A DNA stretch of 64,000 bases from Felis catus (taxonomy: Eukaryota). The position numbers were made by a program, and so were the translations under genes. This document shows, one piece after another, positions 61,457 to 64,000 of this stretch (position 1 is its first letter; each line of letters opens with the position of its first letter). The stretch is from the NCBI RefSeq assembly GCF_018350175.1, contig NC_058368.1:47060001-47124000 (forward strand), given 5' to 3'. Below the pieces are notes generated by a model, which worked only from the letters and a program-made list of their open reading frames with translations, did no database searches and was not told where the DNA came from.

Positions 61457-64000
61457 TTTTACTATATCTTTGATGGTGCTATTTATTAGACATTGGCTTA
61501 CCTGCATGGATTTTGTAAATATATTATCTCTTATCTAATATCTTTGCCCTTTTAATCTACTTCTCACATGGTTTTCTTGTTTTTTTGACTTTGTCGAAGC
61601 TTGTGTTAAAATTCTGATTTCTGCAATCACATTACATTTCCAAGATCTCTTCATGTAGAGCCACCAGTTGACTAAATAATAAATAATCAAAAAATGAATC
61701 TAGATAAATGTTAGCATTGGAGTGTAATAAAACATTACAATGTTTTATATAGCATAAGACAACTTCTCAAATTTCAAGTAAAGTGTAAGTAGAATGGTCA
61801 CCGACCATACTGATTACTTTTAGTTTGCTATTACTAAGCATCGGTGGACTGGTGAAGTAAAAATATACTCAGAATAGTTTATCTTTATAATCTAAATTTA
61901 ATCAAGAAAATGCATTGTGAATATGTTTCTACTCTCAGATTTATTTTCTTCATCTAAAACATGATAACTAACTATTACCTAGCCCATTAGTTATGGAAAA
62001 ATCAATTTCTATATTTATGAGGAATTAACCATTAAAAAAAATTGTCTTAATCTTTACATCACTTGAATTATATTATCATACAGTTATCAGGCTTATAAAA
62101 CTTTACAGATCTCCTATTCACTAATCCACTGACACTGTTTGGATATTGAACTAGTATTAAGTTTAAAAAGGTTTTAACATTCTAGCAACTTTGGAGCTAA
62201 AATTTCCGTGATGTTTCATTATGTAGTTAGGTATATCCAATTTATACTCTACGAGAAGAAATCCATTGAAATCTACCTTTATTTCATTGTTTATTTTTTA
62301 CATCCTTATAAACTTGGCCTTTCCAAAGATTCAAAGAATGCAAAATCGGAGAAACAAAAGGAAATTGATTATATTATGATTCGAGCCAGGTGCCCAAAAG
62401 TAGACACTGATTTTTTTTTAATTATATTCAGTGCAAAAAGAGATAACACGATCCCTATTTACAGTAGTTCATCTTGGCCTTTAATCATTTGTTTATCCAC
62501 AAGACTATTGATTGCCACTTCAGCAAAGAGAACCGCAGTGACACAGGGGTAAGAAGAGAAGCAGTGTAATTCGGTGCTGTTGGCTGTTGCACGCGATGAA
62601 ACTATAATTCACAAAGTGATAGATAACAGAAGGTAATTTTATGGTTACTAAGAATGAGTTTGCATTTGTTTGTGTAGTTACTATATAAATTTATAGATGC
62701 ATTTTGTTTGTATCGCATTTTAAATTTTAGTGGCTGAGCAGGAAGAGGATTGAAGTAGTACAAGGAGTATGTTCATGAACTCCTTTAGCAGCCACTTGTA
62801 AAGGTGGACTGTAATTCAACATGAAATAGGTTCAGAATGTTCCCACAAACTCATTATAAATCAAGCTGCTTCGAAGGTATGGTGTTATTAAGTTTGTTTT
62901 TTGATTTTCTCTTGCCCTTCCTCCATCATCTTATCTAGAAAAAGAGTTTAAAGGCAGGAAAAGTAATTCAGCAAGGACCTACTTTTAGTGGCTGAAATAA
63001 AAAGAGTCTTGCTAGATACATTTCACTAAGCCATAAATGCAGTTCCAAGAGTCAGGGATTTTTTTTTTCCCATATCATTGACTGACTTTGTCATCTGCTA
63101 TCTAGCCAGAGTTTGATAATGAAGCAGTTAATTTATGCACGCAAAATTAGACGTGTATTTTGGACGCTGTAGATTGTTGGCACAGGAGTCCAACTATAGT
63201 GATGAACCTCAACTGATTCCAATCATGATGCTGCCGGTTGCCTTTTGTGCATTAAGCCCAGTTAAAATATGTCAGGAGTTATAGAGGTTTACTTTTTGTC
63301 CTTGTATAGATGCTGGAAAATCATTTAATATAGATCATTATGGTTTATATGTGGAAGCTTCACGTCTTATAATAAAAAGTAGAATTGAAGCTGGTAAGAG
63401 CAATCTCAAATCTACATTTAGAAAATTATCCAAACATCACACCGTAGGTCCTCTCGAGACTGAATTGCTTGAGGACAGGAATTATGTTTCACACATTATA
63501 ATGGTTGGCACCCAGTTGATTTTCAATGTATGTATATTGAACAGGACTGGACTAGACCTTGGAAAACCTGTTTCATGTAATGAATGGTTTTCCCTAATGC
63601 TTCTTAAATTCTCAGTGCACATTCTTACCTGGCGAACAAGCTATTTCCTCATTCTGAGGTGTCCTCCACATTAGTCATCATGAAAATTGGTTCCCCCTAC
63701 ATCTTCCAATCTCTATCCTAGAACCTGGCATGAAATAGGCATTACATACTTGTTTACTAAACAAAGAAGAATAAATGTGAAACATTTGGTAGCCATAAAG
63801 TATCAGAAGTCTAAAAAGTTAGAGTAGTGGAGAATTACACACTGTAAAAGCTGTCTTCATTTGAAGCATGAAATCCTAATTATTGCTCATTCAGCTAATT
63901 ACTTAAACATTCTTTAAAAGTAGATTTAAAAGATTTCCAACTTCAGCAATCCCTATGCAAAGCCAAATGAGCAAATGACTACATAAAGATCTGAAGAATA

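Noticed and set aside
1..64000. CRISPR array, operon or prokaryotic defence-like system
   Set aside because: The sequence is mammalian; repeats are dispersed retroposons with TSDs, with no regularly spaced repeat-spacer array and no long ORFs.

Overview
Eukaryotic, AT-rich, repeat-dense mammalian DNA from a felid (cat-family) genome. The diagnostic evidence is many tRNA-derived CAN-SINEs, including near-consensus young SINEC_Fc-type copies, plus carnivore-type LINE-1 3' ends. No protein-coding gene, RNA gene or CRISPR array can be supported; the window looks like a large intron or gene desert. The ORFs I could assign come from SINE, L1 or Tigger sequence; the rest look like chance ORFs. The best-supported structures are: (1) a nested retrotransposon cluster at 11.2-14.5 kb, with a 5'-inverted L1 inside another 5'-inverted L1, three nested SINEs, a micro-inversion and an inferred deletion; (2) a young ERV1-like solo LTR with a perfect 5-bp TSD at 43530-43881; (3) closely spaced inverted young SINEs at 22.0-22.8 kb; (4) several older LTR and DNA-transposon relics. 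Speculative items are a Met-less, protein-like minus-strand frame at 21493-21812, a few minus-strand segments bounded by splice signals, and two candidate enhancers (about 23.5 kb and 54.1-54.7 kb). I found no convincing novel biological system. Repeat family names come from recalled consensus sequences, not from a database search.
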